From Octopus vulgaris (lineage: Eukaryota), in NCBI GenBank assembly GCA_951406725.2, contig OX597816.1:72540001-72604000 (forward strand): a DNA stretch of 64,000 nucleotides. The letters are read 5' to 3'. Position numbers and translations under genes: made by a program. Below are positions 13,901 through 28,540 of the stretch, piece by piece. Under the pieces are notes generated by a model. That model worked only from the letters and a program-made list of their open reading frames with translations, was not told the origin of the DNA and did no database searches. Within the stretch, counting starts at the first letter, position 1. Every line of letters begins with the position of its first letter.

Positions 13901-14064
13901 ACGACGTGCTTCTTTCTGTTTCAATCTACCAAATCTACTCACAAGACTTTGGTTGGACTGAGGCTCTAGTAGAAGACACTTACCTAAGATGCCACGCAGT
14001 GGGACTGAACATGGAACCATGTGGATGGTAAGCAAGCTACTTACCACACACCCACTCCTGCGCC
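13200..14064 (-). mobile_element. Cluster of SINE family B copies (3' half, full copy at 13440-13840, 5' half)
   Basis: Reverse-complement matches to the family B head and tail. Confidence 0.85.
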
Positions 14065-14433
14065 TATCTATATATTTGTGTATGTATACGTATGTATATA
14101 TGTATGTGTGTATGTACAATTCAGTTTGTAACTATGTGTTTGCTCATACAAGTAAGGGCAAGAATTTGGTATTGTTAAAGATGAGTACAAGAGACGAGTG
14201 AGAGAGACCGAGGAAGAGATAGAGCGAAAAAGAGAGTGAGAAGGAAAGAGAGGGGGGAGTAGGAGGAGTAAAAGAGATAAGAAAACTGTAGAGAGTAAAT
14301 GAGAGAAAGTGCGGATGAGGATAATATTTTTGAATTTGGCAATGATTCTGGTTTCATTTCATTATTTTCCTGGCGTGAATAGTAGATTTACACACTCACA
14401 TACATACATATGTATATGTTTATGTATGTATGT

Positions 14434-14495
<62 letters not shown>

Positions 14496-15205
14496 GCATA
14501 TGTATATACATATCTATGCACCCCTTTGTATAAACGTATGTACAAACATATATATATATGTACACATGTTCATGTCTATCTAATCATGTCTGTGTATATA
14601 TGTGTCATGCATGTTATATATGTTATATACGCATATATATATATATTTACACACAACACACACACACAGACAATGCACACATACACGCACACACATGTCA
14701 CACGTGGGCACATACACACACGCGTGAGCACACACAGAAACAAACACACGCTTACACACACACATACACTCTTAGAAACTCACACATTTACACACATACA
14801 CACTTACATATACATACATACGTATAGGCAAAACATGTTAAAAATATCCCATGCAAGCTACGATATTTAGAAAGAATAAAAAAATGATGTGAAAATGCCC
14901 AATTCTTTCTTTATTGTAATTTATCAAATTATTCTAAATTGCATTACTATCATCAAATTGCTTCGAAATACATTATCATGTGTTTCAGAAAAATTATTAC
15001 ACACCGGTTTCATTTCACATAAAAACATAGTCATTGTAGTATCTTAGTTTTTCAAGCAGAAGTAACCATGATATAGACACACCAGATTACAAGCCAGGTA
15101 ATGGTTATTCATGTTAATAAGCTAAATTTGTTATTAGCACTCTAGGTAAAAGGCGGGTCGTGTTACGTACTTGAAGTATTGCGTATATACATTTTCACTA
15201 GTGGA

Positions 15206-15486
15206 TGCCTAGTGGTTAGAGCAGCGGACTCGCAGGTTCGAATCTCAGACCGGGCTATGTGTATGTTTATGAGCGAAACACCTAAGCTCCACGCGACTCC
15301 GGCAGAAGGTAATGGCGAACTTCTGCTGATTCTTTCGCCACAACTTTCTCTCACTCTTTCCTCCTGCATCTTGTAGCTCACCTGCGACGGACCAGCGTCC
15401 CGTCCAGGTGGGGAACCTGTACGCCAAGGAAACCGGGAAACCGGCCCTTATGAGCCAGGCGTGGCTCGAGAAGGAACAAACAAACA
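15206..15486 (+). mobile_element. SINE family C, tail type 2 (duplicated at 18692-18972)
   Basis: tRNA-like head, family C body, tail ...GGCTCGAGAAGGAACAAACAAAC. Confidence 0.85.
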
Positions 15487-16139
15487 TTTTCACTAATTTG
15501 ATATTTAAACTAAAAGTGTCAGAATAAATTATCGACTTAATTGTTCATGAAAAAATACCTCTTTTTTTTATTCTTTGTTATTTTGTTATTCATTTTTTTT
15601 TTTTAGCTTTCGCACTATAACATGATGGGAACAATTTAGAACTCGGTTTCCACATATCCACATGAATGCTTACTGAGTGCAATTTTTCCAGTGTTCCGAC
15701 AGCGCATTCGTTCTTGGTGAACCTTCACCTGTTTTCTGGGGATGCGTTATGATGTAAGCTAAAATTTCAAATGATAATAATTTATTTTTATTCTAAAATT
15801 ATATACCTGTTTGTAAAGGATCTCTAACTCTCAAAACGTAACGAGTCAGAAGAAATACCGCTGTGCAATTTGACTGACGCGCTAGCGATTATGCCAGCTA
15901 ACAAATTATTGTTTCAATAATTGTACAAATATTTGTACAAAACCAGCAATTTTAGAGGGAGATGGTCGATTACATTGTCCGCAGTACTTGACCAATTGTA
16001 TATTTCATCGACCTCGAAATGCCAAGTTGATCTCGGCAATGTATAAATTCAGAACATATAGCAATGGAAGAAATACTGCTAGCATTTTGTCCTTAACGAT
16101 TCTATCAAACCCACCGCCTGAAGCTCTTATACATTAACT

Positions 16140-16563
16140 GTTTCAAATTTTGGCACAAAACCAGTAATTTCAGTGGGCACGGTAGGAGATAAGTCTATTA
16201 TATTCAGTTTACCGATCCCGAGAGGATGAAAGGCAAAGTCGACCTCGGCAAAGGATAAAAGGTAAAGTCGACCTCGACGGAATTTGAACTCAGATCCGGA
16301 TGAAATGTCGCAAAACATTTTGCCTAGCGCGCTAACGATTCTTCCAACTCGCCACAATACAGGTCTTACACATTTGATATTATGAAAATGTGTAAGTACA
16401 TCGAGCAAATGCTTAGCGGAATTTCGCCCGTTTCTACGTTCTGAGTTCAAATTCCGCTGAGGTCGACTTTACGTTCAACATTTCGGCGTCAATAAAATAA
16501 GTACCAGTAATCGACTCACTCCTTACCCCCCGAAGCTGCTGGCCTCGTGCTAAAATTTGAAAA
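16140..16563. mobile_element. Head-to-head pair of SINE family A copies (16140-16355 -, 16403-16563 +)
   Basis: Both match the family A consensus in opposite orientations. Confidence 0.75.
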
Positions 16564-16601
16564 TCGCTATTATGAAAATTAATACACAGTTTTATTAATT
16601 A

Positions 16602-16983
16602 CTAGCAGTATCGCCCGGCGTTGCTCAGGTTTGTAAGGGAAATAACTATAAAGCATTTTTAGAGAGTTATAGCCAAAAATTAGCAAAAAAATGGAAAAAA
16701 ATTATGGTAAATTTTTTTTTAGTTAAAAAAGGTGGAGTTGCGTCCCCTAGACAGTTTGCGGTTTGTGTTTCTGATTCTCGACCCCATGTCGAATTTATCG
16801 ATTTTTTTCAGAACTGGGGGAACTTTTCAAAATTTTCGCTGCGTTAGTTTTGAATTATGACATTGGGCTATGTGTGTGTCAAGTTTCATCAGAATCGGTT
16901 GAAAGCCGTGGTCAGGGTGAGGGTACAAGCAAACAGACACACAGAAACACGCACAGACAAACTGCCGTTTATATAGAGAGAGA
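16602..16983 (-). mobile_element. Non-autonomous Helitron
   Basis: The minus strand starts TC(TCTCTCTATATAAA) and ends ...CCTGAGCAACGCCGGGCGATACTGCTAG, with a subterminal GC hairpin and CTAG end. It is inserted between A and T with no TSD. Confidence 0.8.
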
Positions 16984-17564
16984 TTACTGTAAAAAGAAAA
17001 AAAAACCTAAAACTCGCACCGTTTACTATTTGTTTGGGAAAAAAATTGAGTATATTTTCTGAGAATCCTAATTTCGTGTGTTTATATTGCGCATCGGCGG
17101 TCGCATTTGAGTGTCGGATAGAATTCTAAACAACATTCATTTTGATTCTTTATACTCTGAGATCCAATCCCACAGCTATCAACTTTGTCTTTCATTCTTT
17201 TGGGGTTGATTAAAACCCAGGCCGTTGGAATGTTAAACCAGATGTCTTTCGACATTTGTTCTTGTTCTTTTGAGTTGTTATCACTCTTTAACCTAAAATG
17301 ATTAATAAAAACACATTCCACAAGGCATTTCCCTGACATGATTTTGACATGGTTTCCACCGTAGATCTAGGGTCACAAATTTAGTTTATTCGGAGTTTAC
17401 AATCTTAAGAATCGATTCATTACTCAGCGGCTTATTATTTTCTCGCGTCTAGAAGAATGAAAAACATCGGCCATGGTGAGAGTCGATCTCATAACGTAAA
17501 GAAAGGTAACTATTGTCATTTATATTATTACTATTATCACTACTACTACTACTACTTATAATAA

Positions 17565-17800
17565 TGATCCTTTCCACTATAGGCACAAAGCCTAAAATTT
17601 GGGCAATATGGTAGTCGATTACATCGACCCCAGCCAGTACTCAACTGGTACTTGTTTTATCTAAACCCCATCTCCACCCCCTAAAGTGTAAAAGGCACAG
17701 TGGAACTCGATGGAATTTGAACTCAGAAGGTAAAGAAAGACGAAATGCCTCTCAGCATTTCGCCCGGCGTACTTAACGATTCCACCAGCTCACCACCTTA
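17565..17800 (-). mobile_element. SINE family A (duplicated at ~21056-21286)
   Basis: Match to the family A head and body with the alternative tail. Confidence 0.8.
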
Positions 17801-17966
17801 ACAACAACAACAACAATAATAATAATAATAATAATAATAATTGTAACAGTAATGGCAATGATAAGGCTACCGACATCCTCTTATCGATATTGGTGCTAGA
17901 CAAACAGCTAAATAACATTACCTTAATTGGTGTTGTCAGAAGGAGAGAGAGAAAAAAAGGGAGTGA

Positions 17967-18025
<59 letters not shown>

Positions 18026-18180
18026 AAGGGGTGTGTGTATAGAAAAAGGAAATAATATGGTTGTGGAGGGATGTTAAGTTTGATTGTATGTGTACGATAA
18101 ATAAAAGCTTTGTCCTTCGTCAATTTTCGTTCATTTTCGCCAATGTACGGCTCATTGTCGGCGATTTACGTTGGATTATC

Positions 18181-18280
18181 NNNNNNNNNNNNNNNNNNNN
18201 NNNNNNNNNNNNNNNNNNNNNNNNNNNNNNNNNNNNNNNNNNNNNNNNNNNNNNNNNNNNNNNNNNNNNNNNNNNNNNNN
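18181..18280. other. Assembly gap (100 N)
   Basis: Run of exactly 100 N. Confidence 1.
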
Positions 18281-21200
18281 CATACACACTTACATATACA
18301 TACATACGTATAGGCAAAACATGTTAAAAATATCCCATGCAAGCTACGATATTTAGAAAGAATAAAAAAATGATGTGAAAATGCCCAATTCTTTCTTTAT
18401 TGTAATTTATCAAATTATTCTAAATTGCATTACTATCATCAAATTGCTTCGAAATACATTATCATGTGTTTCAGAAAAATTATTACACACCGGTTTCATT
18501 TCACATAAAAACATAGTCATTGTAGTATCTTAGTTTTTCAAGCAGAAGTAACCATGATATAGACACACCAGATTACAAGCCAGGTAATGGTTATTCATGT
18601 TAATAAGCTAAATTTGTTATTAGCACTCTAGGTAAAAGGCGGGTCGTGTTACGTACTTGAAGTATTGCGTATATACATTTTCACTAGTGGATGCCTAGTG
18701 GTTAGAGCAGCGGACTCGCAGGTTCGAATCTCAGACCGGGCTATGTGTATGTTTATGAGCGAAACACCTAAGCTCCACGCGACTCCGGCAGAAGGTAATG
18801 GCGAACTTCTGCTGATTCTTTCGCCACAACTTTCTCTCACTCTTTCCTCCTGCATCTTGTAGCTCACCTGCGACGGACCAGCGTCCCGTCCAGGTGGGGA
18901 ACCTGTACGCCAAGGAAACCGGGAAACCGGCCCTTATGAGCCAGGCGTGGCTCGAGAAGGAACAAACAAACATTTTCACTAATTTGATATTTAAACTAAA
19001 AGTGTCAGAATAAATTATCGACTTAATTGTTCATGAAAAAATACCTCTTTTTTTTATTCTTTGTTATTTTGTTATTCATTTTTTTTTTTTAGCTTTCGCA
19101 CTATAACATGATGGGAACAATTTAGAACTCGGTTTCCACATATCCACATGAATGCTTACTGAGTGCAATTTTTCCAGTGTTCCGACAGCGCATTCGTTCT
19201 TGGTGAACCTTCACCTGTTTTCTGGGGATGCGTTATGACGTAAGCTAAAATTTCAAATGATAATAATTTATTTTTATTCTAAAATTATATACCTGTTTGT
19301 AAAGGATCTCTAACTCTCAAAACGTAACGAGTCAGAAGAAATACCGCTGTGCAATTTGACTGACGCGCTAGCGATTATACCAGCTAACAAATTATTGTTT
19401 CAATAATTGTACAAATATTTGTACAAAACCAGCAATTTTAGAGGGAGATGGTCGATTACATTGTCCGCAGTACTTGACCAATTGTATATTTCATCGACCT
19501 CGAAATGCCAAGTTGATCTCGGCAATGTATAAATTCAGAACATATAGCAATGGAAGAAATACTGCTAGCATTTTGTCCTTAACGATTCTATCAAACCCAC
19601 CGCCTGAAGCTCTTATACATTAACTGTTTCAAATTTTGGCACAAAACCAGTAATTTCAGTGGGCACGGTAGGAGATAAGTCTATTATATTCAGTTTACCG
19701 ATCCCGAGAGGATGAAAGGCAAAGTCGACCTCGGCAAAGGATAAAAGGTAAAGTCGACCTCGACGGAATTTGAACTCAGATCCGGATGAAATGTCGCAAA
19801 ACATTTTGCCTAGCGCGCTAACGATTCTTCCAACTCGCCACAATACAGGTCTTACACATTTGATATTATGAAAATGTGTAAGTACATCGAGCAAATGCTT
19901 AGCGGAATTTCGCCCGTTTCTACGTTCTGAGTTCAAATTCCGCTGAGGTCGACTTTACGTTCAACATTTCGGCGTCAATAAAATAAGTACCAGTAATCGA
20001 CTCACTCCTTACCCCCCGAAGCTGCTGGCCTCGTGCTAAAATTTGAAAATCGCTATTATGAAAATTAATACACAGTTTTATTAATTACTAGCAGTATCGC
20101 CCGGCGTTGCTCAGGTTTGTAAGGGAAATAAATATAAAGCATTTTTAGAGAGTTATAGCCAAAAATTAGCAAAAAAATGGAAAAAAATTATGGTAAATTT
20201 TTTTTTAGTTAAAAAAGGTGGAATTGCGTCCCCTAGACAGTTTGCGGTTTGTGTTTCTGATTCTCGACCCCATGTCGAATTTATCGATTTTTTTCAGAAC
20301 TGGGGGAACTTTTCAAAATTTTCGCTGCGTTAGTTTTGAATTATAACATTGGGCTATGTGTGTGTCAAGTTTCATCAGAATCGGTTGAAAGCCGTGGTCA
20401 GGGTGAGGGTACAAGCAAACAGACACACAGAAACACGCACAGACAAACTGCCGTTTATATAGAGAGAGATTACTGTAAAAAGAAAAAAAAACCTAAAACT
20501 CGCACCGTTTACTATTTGTTTGGGAAAAAAATTGAGTATATTTTCTGAGAATCCTAATTTCGTGTGTTTATATTGCGCATCGGCGGTCGCATTTGAGTGT
20601 CGGATAGAATTCTAAACAACATTCATTTTGATTCTTTATACTCTGAGATCCAATCCCACAGCTATCAACTTTGTCTTTCATTCTTTTGGGGTTGATTAAA
20701 ACCCAGGCCGTTGGAATGTTAAACCAGATGTCTTTCGACATTTGTTCTTGTTCTTTTGAGTTGTTATCACTCTTTAACCTAAAATGATTAATAAAAACAC
20801 ATTCCACAAGGCATTTCCCTGACATGATTTTGACATGGTTTCCACCGTAGATCTAGGGTCACAAATTTAGTTTATTCGGAGTTTACAATCTTAAGAATCG
20901 ATTCATTACTCAGCGGCTTATTATTTTCTCGCGTCTAGAAGAATGAAAAACATCGGCCATGGTGAGAGTCGATCTCATAACGTAAAGAAAGGTAACTATT
21001 GTCATTTATATTATTACTATTATCACTGCTACTACTACTACTACTTATAATAATAATTCTTTCTACTATAGGCACAAGGCCTAAAATTTGGGCAATATGG
21101 TAGTCGATTACATCGACCCCAGCCAGTACTCAACTGGTACTTGTTCTATCTACCCCCCCCCCCCCCCGAAAGGGTAAAAGGCACAGTCGAACTCGATGGA

Positions 21201-21453
21201 ATTTGAACTCAGAAGGTAAAGAAAGACGAAATGCCTCTCAGCATTTCGCCCGGCGTACTTAACGATTCCACCAGCTCACCGCCTTAACAACAACAACAAC
21301 AACAACAATAATAATAATAATAATTGTAACGGTAATGGCAATGATAAGGCTACCGACATCCTCTTATCGATATTGGTGCTAAACAAACATCTAAATAACA
21401 TTACCTTAATTGGTGTTGTCAGAAGGAGAGAGAGAGAAAAAGGGAGTGAGATG

Positions 21454-21484
<31 letters not shown>

Positions 21485-21657
21485 GAGAGAGAGAGGGAGA
21501 GAAAGGGGTGTGTGTATAGAAAAAGGAAATAATATGGTTGTGGAGGGATGTTAAGTTTGATTGTATGTGTACGATAAATAAAAGCTTTGTCCTTCGTCAA
21601 TTTTCGTTCATTTTCGCCAATGTACGGCTCATTGTCGGCGATTTACGTTGGATTATC
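18281..21657 (+). repeat. Copy 2 of the ~3.4 kb duplication
   Basis: Near-identical to 14795-18180. Confidence 0.97.
20088..20469 (-). mobile_element. Non-autonomous Helitron (duplicate of 16602-16983)
   Basis: Same termini and hairpin. Confidence 0.8.
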
Positions 21658-21756
21658 TAATTATCACCGAGCAAATCACTGGAGCCGATCGGTAAGGCTA
21701 AATTAGGTTAGTTTGTTGCCAAACAAATCAATGAGCAGACAATAAGGGATGTGGAT

Positions 21757-21906
21757 GCGAGTGAGTCTGTATGTGTGAGCGCAAGTGAGTGTATATGCGT
21801 AAGCGTTAGTGAGTGTGTATGTATGTGTGCGAGAGAGTGTGTATGTATGTGTGCAAGAGAGTGTGTATGTATGTGTGTAAGTGAACGTGTATCTCTATGT
21901 GCAAGT
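21757..21906. repeat. 24-bp minisatellite, about 6 degenerate units
   Basis: Units such as GCGAGAGAGTGTGTATGTATGTGT; 8-aa periodicity in ORF 21751..21984. Confidence 0.7.
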
Positions 21907-22093
21907 GTACGTGTGTATGCGTTTGTATGTATGTATGCATCACTTGTGAGTGTTTATGAGTGTGTATACGGTGTGAAGATGTAAGTGCTGGTTCGGTTTG
22001 GTTTAGCGTGGTCAAGGAAAGAAAAGAAAAGAAAAGTAATTGAATGTGTGAGCATGAATACATGCGTCTGTGCGTGCATGTGTGTGTTTGTGT

Positions 22094-22135
<42 letters not shown>

Positions 22136-22289
22136 GTGTGTGAGTGTATGTGAGAGCGGTGAAGAAACGCGAACTGGAATTAAAATGGCATTGCAGATGG
22201 CTACTGCTTGGCTAGCAGTCTGAAGCTCTGTGTACCATTAAAGTACTTTTGGAAAGCAAGTAAGACACACAAATTCACACACACACACA

Positions 22290-22376
<87 letters not shown>

Positions 22377-22458
22377 GGCACAACAAGACGAAGAGGGAAA
22401 CGAAATATCTTGCGCGTGCTTAGGTGTGTATAGCTATAAGCATGTGTGCGTGTGTACG

Positions 22459-22491
<33 letters not shown>

Positions 22492-22602
22492 ATGTATGTA
22501 TATATATATATATATGTATACGTATACATGCACATATATATGTAAATACATACATATATATGTGTGTGTGTGTGTATGTGTATATGTATAAAGATGTGTG
22601 TT

Positions 22603-22645
<43 letters not shown>

Positions 22646-23229
22646 ATCTATATTTATGTGTGTATGTATGTGTATGTGTAAGTGTATATATATGTATATG
22701 TAAATGAATACGTGCGCATGCGTGCATGTGTATATTTCTTTACAAATGTCTCTGAAACCAAAACCAAATCTCTCCAGGCATATGTGCGTGTACTGTTCAT
22801 ACATATCTTCGGTGTGTCTATGTATGTACGTGTGTTTCGCAGTCTATGTGTACACGCACGCGCATGAGTGTATAAATGTGTATGTGTGTATAGAATGGAA
22901 TGTATAGCGTGTATCTTATTTATGTTTGTCTTTAAATACAAATCGAAATATCGTCAGAAACAGAGAGGTGTATATGTATGTAAGTATACATACCTATATG
23001 TGCGTGTGTATGTGTGTATATGTACCCCATATGTTTTGTATAAAGTTGTGCACATGCTTATGTATCTGGGTATGTCATGACAGCAAAAACGAGTATATAT
23101 GTAAGTGGTTATGTGTGCATGTGAGTGTGTGTATGCTTATGTATGTAGCGGTGAATGTTGAGTGTATGTTTATGAGTATCTCTTGAAACTAATCGAAACA
23201 TGATGGTGCATATGTGAAAGTGTACGTGC

Positions 23230-23291
<62 letters not shown>

Positions 23292-23413
23292 TGTTTATTT
23301 TCATTTTTATGCACGTATCTATTTACTAGTGACTTAGCAATCGGAATGAAACGTCATTGATTGCATATAGCCGCCATTGTGGTTGTGATTCTATCTCTAT
23401 TAATTGTTATACT

Positions 23414-23648
23414 CTTTGCTCTTTTTTTACTCTTTTACTCTTTTACTCCGTTCAGTCATTTGACAGCGGCCATGCTGGAGCACCTCCTTTAATCGAGCAA
23501 CTCGACACCGGGACTTATTCTTTTGTAAGCCCAGTACTTATTCTATCGGTCTCTTAAGCCGAACCGCTAAGTAACGGGGACATAAACACACCAGCATCGG
23601 TTGTCAAGCAATGCTAGGGGGACAAACACAGACACACAGACACACACA

Positions 23649-23726
<78 letters not shown>

Positions 23727-23897
23727 CATATACACGACGGGCTTCTTTTCAGTTTCCGTCTACCAAATCCACTCACAAGGCTTTGGTCGGCCCGAGGCTA
23801 TAGTAGAAGACACTTGCCCAAGGTGCCACGCAGTGGGACTGAACCCGGAACCATGTGGTTGGTAAACAAGCTACTTACCACACAGCCACTCCTACGT
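23414..23897 (-). mobile_element. SINE family B, full length with internal microsatellite
   Basis: Head at 23735-23897, (TA)n/(CA)n middle, 3' half ending in TAAAAGAG-like repeats. Confidence 0.9.
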
Positions 23898-24025
23898 GCA
23901 AATATGAGGTTGATGTAGGCGTGATTTGAAATCGCGAAGTCCCGGGTTTGATCCCACAGCGTAACATCTTAAGGAAACTGAAAGGAAGGCAGTCATATGG
24001 ATTATACCTGGATACGTTTGAGTTG

Positions 24026-24369
24026 TCTCATCTCCATTAAAAAATTGGGCTACCTCCTCACGTTTTATGAAAAATATCGGTACTTTTGGTTATCCCTCCC
24101 ACCTAAAAAAAATTGTTTAAACCTCAATAAAAAATGAAACAAATCAATAAACAGGAAAACTGAAAAAAATAATCCTCTTATTGAATCTAATAACATTTTT
24201 ATAACAAATCATACCATTCCTATTAAGGAGGCCAAACGTCAACAATATATTGAAGTACTGAATCAAAAAGATCTAACACTTTTAATGCAATCTCTTGTCG
24301 CCACAAACTCAATTTTTAGTGGGGAGGTAACCCAACTTTTTAATGGTCATTTTTTAAATGGGGGTGAGA
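24026..24369. mobile_element. MITE-like element with terminal and subterminal inverted repeats
   Basis: CCATTAAAAAATTGGGCTACCTCCTCAC (24034-24061) is inverted at 24319-24346 with 3 mismatches; the outer TCTCA..CCATT is inverted at 24351-24369. Confidence 0.6.
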
Positions 24370-24569
24370 TAATCAAAGAGCACCTATGTAATTCAAACGG
24401 CTCGTTCTTTATGAGGATTATATCAAGGATAGATACACACACGTCTGTTGAATAATCAGCCAGGTACTCTAAAGTAAAATGTGTAAAGCATAATAGAAGC
24501 GAATTTTGAAAGTAATAAGTTCGGAATATCCTTATGATCGACACCGCCGAGAGTCTATTATACTCTGAG

Positions 24570-24752
24570 TTACTCTTTTATTCTTTTACTTCTTTCTGTC
24601 ATTTGGCTGCGCCCATGCTGGAGCATCGCCTTTAGTCGAACAGATCGACCCCAGGACTTATTCTATCGGTCTCTTTTGCTGAACCACTATGCTACGGGGA
24701 CGTAAACACACCAATAACGGTTGTCAAGCGATGATGGTGGGGGAACACAGAT

Positions 24753-24840
<88 letters not shown>

Positions 24841-24955
24841 GACGGGCTTCTTTCAGTTTTCGTCAAACAAATCCACTCACAAGGCTTTGGTCGGCCCGAG
24901 ATAATAGTAGAAGACATCTGCCCAAGGGACTACGCAATGAAACTGAACCCAGAAC
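24570..24955 (-). mobile_element. SINE family B, 5'-truncated
   Basis: Match to 23414-23897. Confidence 0.85.
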
Positions 24956-25199
24956 GTTTATATATGTATATGTGTACGTGTAATTATACATACGTATATA
25001 TATATATATATATATATAAGCCACTATTATGTAATTCAAACAATGATAGACGTAAATCATACCATATAGAAAAAATAAAATATATGATAAAACACTTACC
25101 TAGATCACAATAAAGTACATAATAATAAATAAGAAGTATATAATTAAATTTTTCCCTGTAAGTTTGGAGTTATATTTCCTAATATTATATATATATTTA

Positions 25200-26444
<1,245 letters not shown>

Positions 26445-26446
26445 AT

Positions 26447-26662
26447 GTGTCTGTGTTTGTCTCCTCATGACTGCTTGACAACTGGTTTTGGTATGCTTGT
26501 GACCCTGTAACTTAGCGGTCCGGCAAAGAGACCGATAGAATAAGTACCACTTCTTGAAAAAACAAATTAGACGTCCTGGAGTCGATTCATTTGACTTAAA
26601 ATTCAAGGCGGTGCCCCAGCATGGCCACAGCCATATGACTGAAAGAAGTAAAAGATAAAAGA
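26447..26662 (+). mobile_element. SINE family B-related, 3' half
   Basis: TGCTTGACAAC...TTAGCGGTCCGGCAAAGAGACCGATAGAATAAGTAC...GGCGGTGCCCCAGCATGGCC...TAAAAGA. Confidence 0.85.
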
Positions 26663-26689
26663 TACATACATACATACATACATACAATC

Positions 26690-27380
26690 ATACATAAAAC
26701 AATTACAATGCCAACCGCCAAAAAGACTCTTTAAATAAAATTAGAAAATCCCTCTGTTATGGAATACCTTCATAAACACCAACTCAAGGAATACTGGTGG
26801 AATATTCCCATCAACAGTTCTGTCAAAGGTAAAAATAGCTAGCCAGATATTGTAGTGTGGGACAGAGAGACAAAGGTATATGTCGTCATAGAGATCAGCT
26901 ACCCTATAGATATAAATATCTGTTTGAAAATAAAAAAAAGAGGATGTCCATAGACAACTGCTTCGAAACCTTCCGCTTCTATATCCAGATTATGAATTCA
27001 TATTCATATCAATAATAATTGGAGCACTAGGTTTTGTTAGTAAATGCTTAAAGGAGAATCTGGATAAACTGGGATTTTCAGAAAGCGAAATAGATCGTTC
27101 ATTATCCAGATTATGAATTCATATTCATACCAATAATAACTGGAGCACTAGGTTTTGTTAGTAAATGCTTAAAGGAGAATCTGGATAAACTGGGATTTTC
27201 AGAAAGAGAAATCGATCGTTCATTACAAGTCCAATCTGTGAGTAGAACAGTAAAAATATGCAACACTTTTCTCAAGTTCCAAATGTGAATTTGTCTGTGT
27301 TAACTACATCCCAAAGATAGGGTCTTGTATCTTTGTTGGAAACCGGCTCCCTCCTCAGTGGAAGATTTACAATAATGAAA
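26690..27380 (+). mobile_element. Decayed RLE-type (R4/Dong/NeSL-like) retrotransposon 3' end
   Basis: Reads EYWWNIPI...S*PDIVVWDRETKVYVVIEISYPIDIN (PD..E nuclease motif), then IIIGALGFV. Contains an in-frame stop and frameshifts; terminal stop at 27286-27288. Confidence 0.8.
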
Positions 27381-28169
27381 AAAATAGAAGAGACACATAC
27401 AAAGACGCATAAATGCATACACATAGAGAGAGAAAAAGAGACAGAGAGAGGAAAGTGGAGAGATGGGTGAATTTCTAGTTGCATTTTCGCATTCTCAATG
27501 CCTTGTAACGTTATTAGCCTAAGACGAGGTTAACAAGGATACTCCAAAATCAATGAAATGGCCCTTACGGGGAGCTGATGTAATATTGATATAGACAACG
27601 AACCATCAGAAGGAAGCAATAGGGGTGTTCTCACACTAAAATTCCTTGCCTCCACCTCGCCCTTGTGTAAACACATTTACGCAGAAAAAAAAGTAACAAA
27701 CAATAAAGAAAAAAAAAAGACTAATGCATACCCTAATAAAGACTATTAAATGCGTAAACATAGCTAATCCGATATGTAAGATTTTCCTCCCTTCTTCCGA
27801 TTCTTCTCACCAGATGTCGCTGTTTAGACGAGTCAACTTAATACGTAGCAAGAATAAATAGATTGTGTTGATTCAGGCCGCTTGATACTCGTTTTGTCTC
27901 CCTCCCCCCACTCCCCCTCTCGTTTTCTCCTCAGTCGGCAACGCTAGCAAACGGCACGGATTTCATCTCCCTCTCTTTCCATCTATTTCTTTCTTTCTTT
28001 CTCTCTCTCTCTCTCTCTTTCTTTCTTGTTCAAAAGAACACTCCTTCCAATGTAAACAGATTTGAGTTTATTACAGTATATTAAAACAATTAGGCAGATT
28101 TGGTCTTGTTCGGTGAGAGCTGAGATGTACATAACATCGTCGGGAGGAGAAAGAAGATGAGGCTTCTAC

Positions 28170-28540
28170 TTTTTTTTCTTCTTCTTCTTCTTCTTCTTCT
28201 TCTTCTTCTCCTTCTTCATCATAATTGTTTCTCTTCTTTCCTTTCCTTCTACATTTTCTTCTTTTTCTGCTTTTGCTTCTTCTTCTTCTTCTTCTTCTTC
28301 TTCTTCTTCTTCTTCTTCTTCTTCTTCTTCTTTTTCTTCTTCTTCTTCGTCTTCTTCCGCTTCTTCTTCTTCGTCTTCGTCTTCTTCTTCTTCCTCTTCT
28401 CCTTCATAATTTCTTCTTCCTCCTCCTCCTGTTGTTGTTGTTCTTGTTGTTCTTGTTGTTCTTGTTTTTGTTATTGTTCTTCTTCTTCTTCTTCTTCTTC
28501 TTCTTCTTCTTCTTCTTCTTCTTCTTCTTCTTCTTCTCCT
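28170..28540. repeat. (CTT)n-rich polypyrimidine microsatellite
   Basis: Directly visible. Confidence 0.95.

Larger units (their letters stand above)
14795..18180 (+). repeat. Copy 1 of a ~3.4 kb near-identical direct duplication
   Basis: Repeats at 18281-21657 (offset 3486) with few SNPs and microsatellite length differences. Confidence 0.97.

Noticed and set aside
14795-21657. True tandem segmental duplication
   Set aside because: Breakpoints coincide exactly with a 100-N gap, so allelic overlap is more parsimonious.
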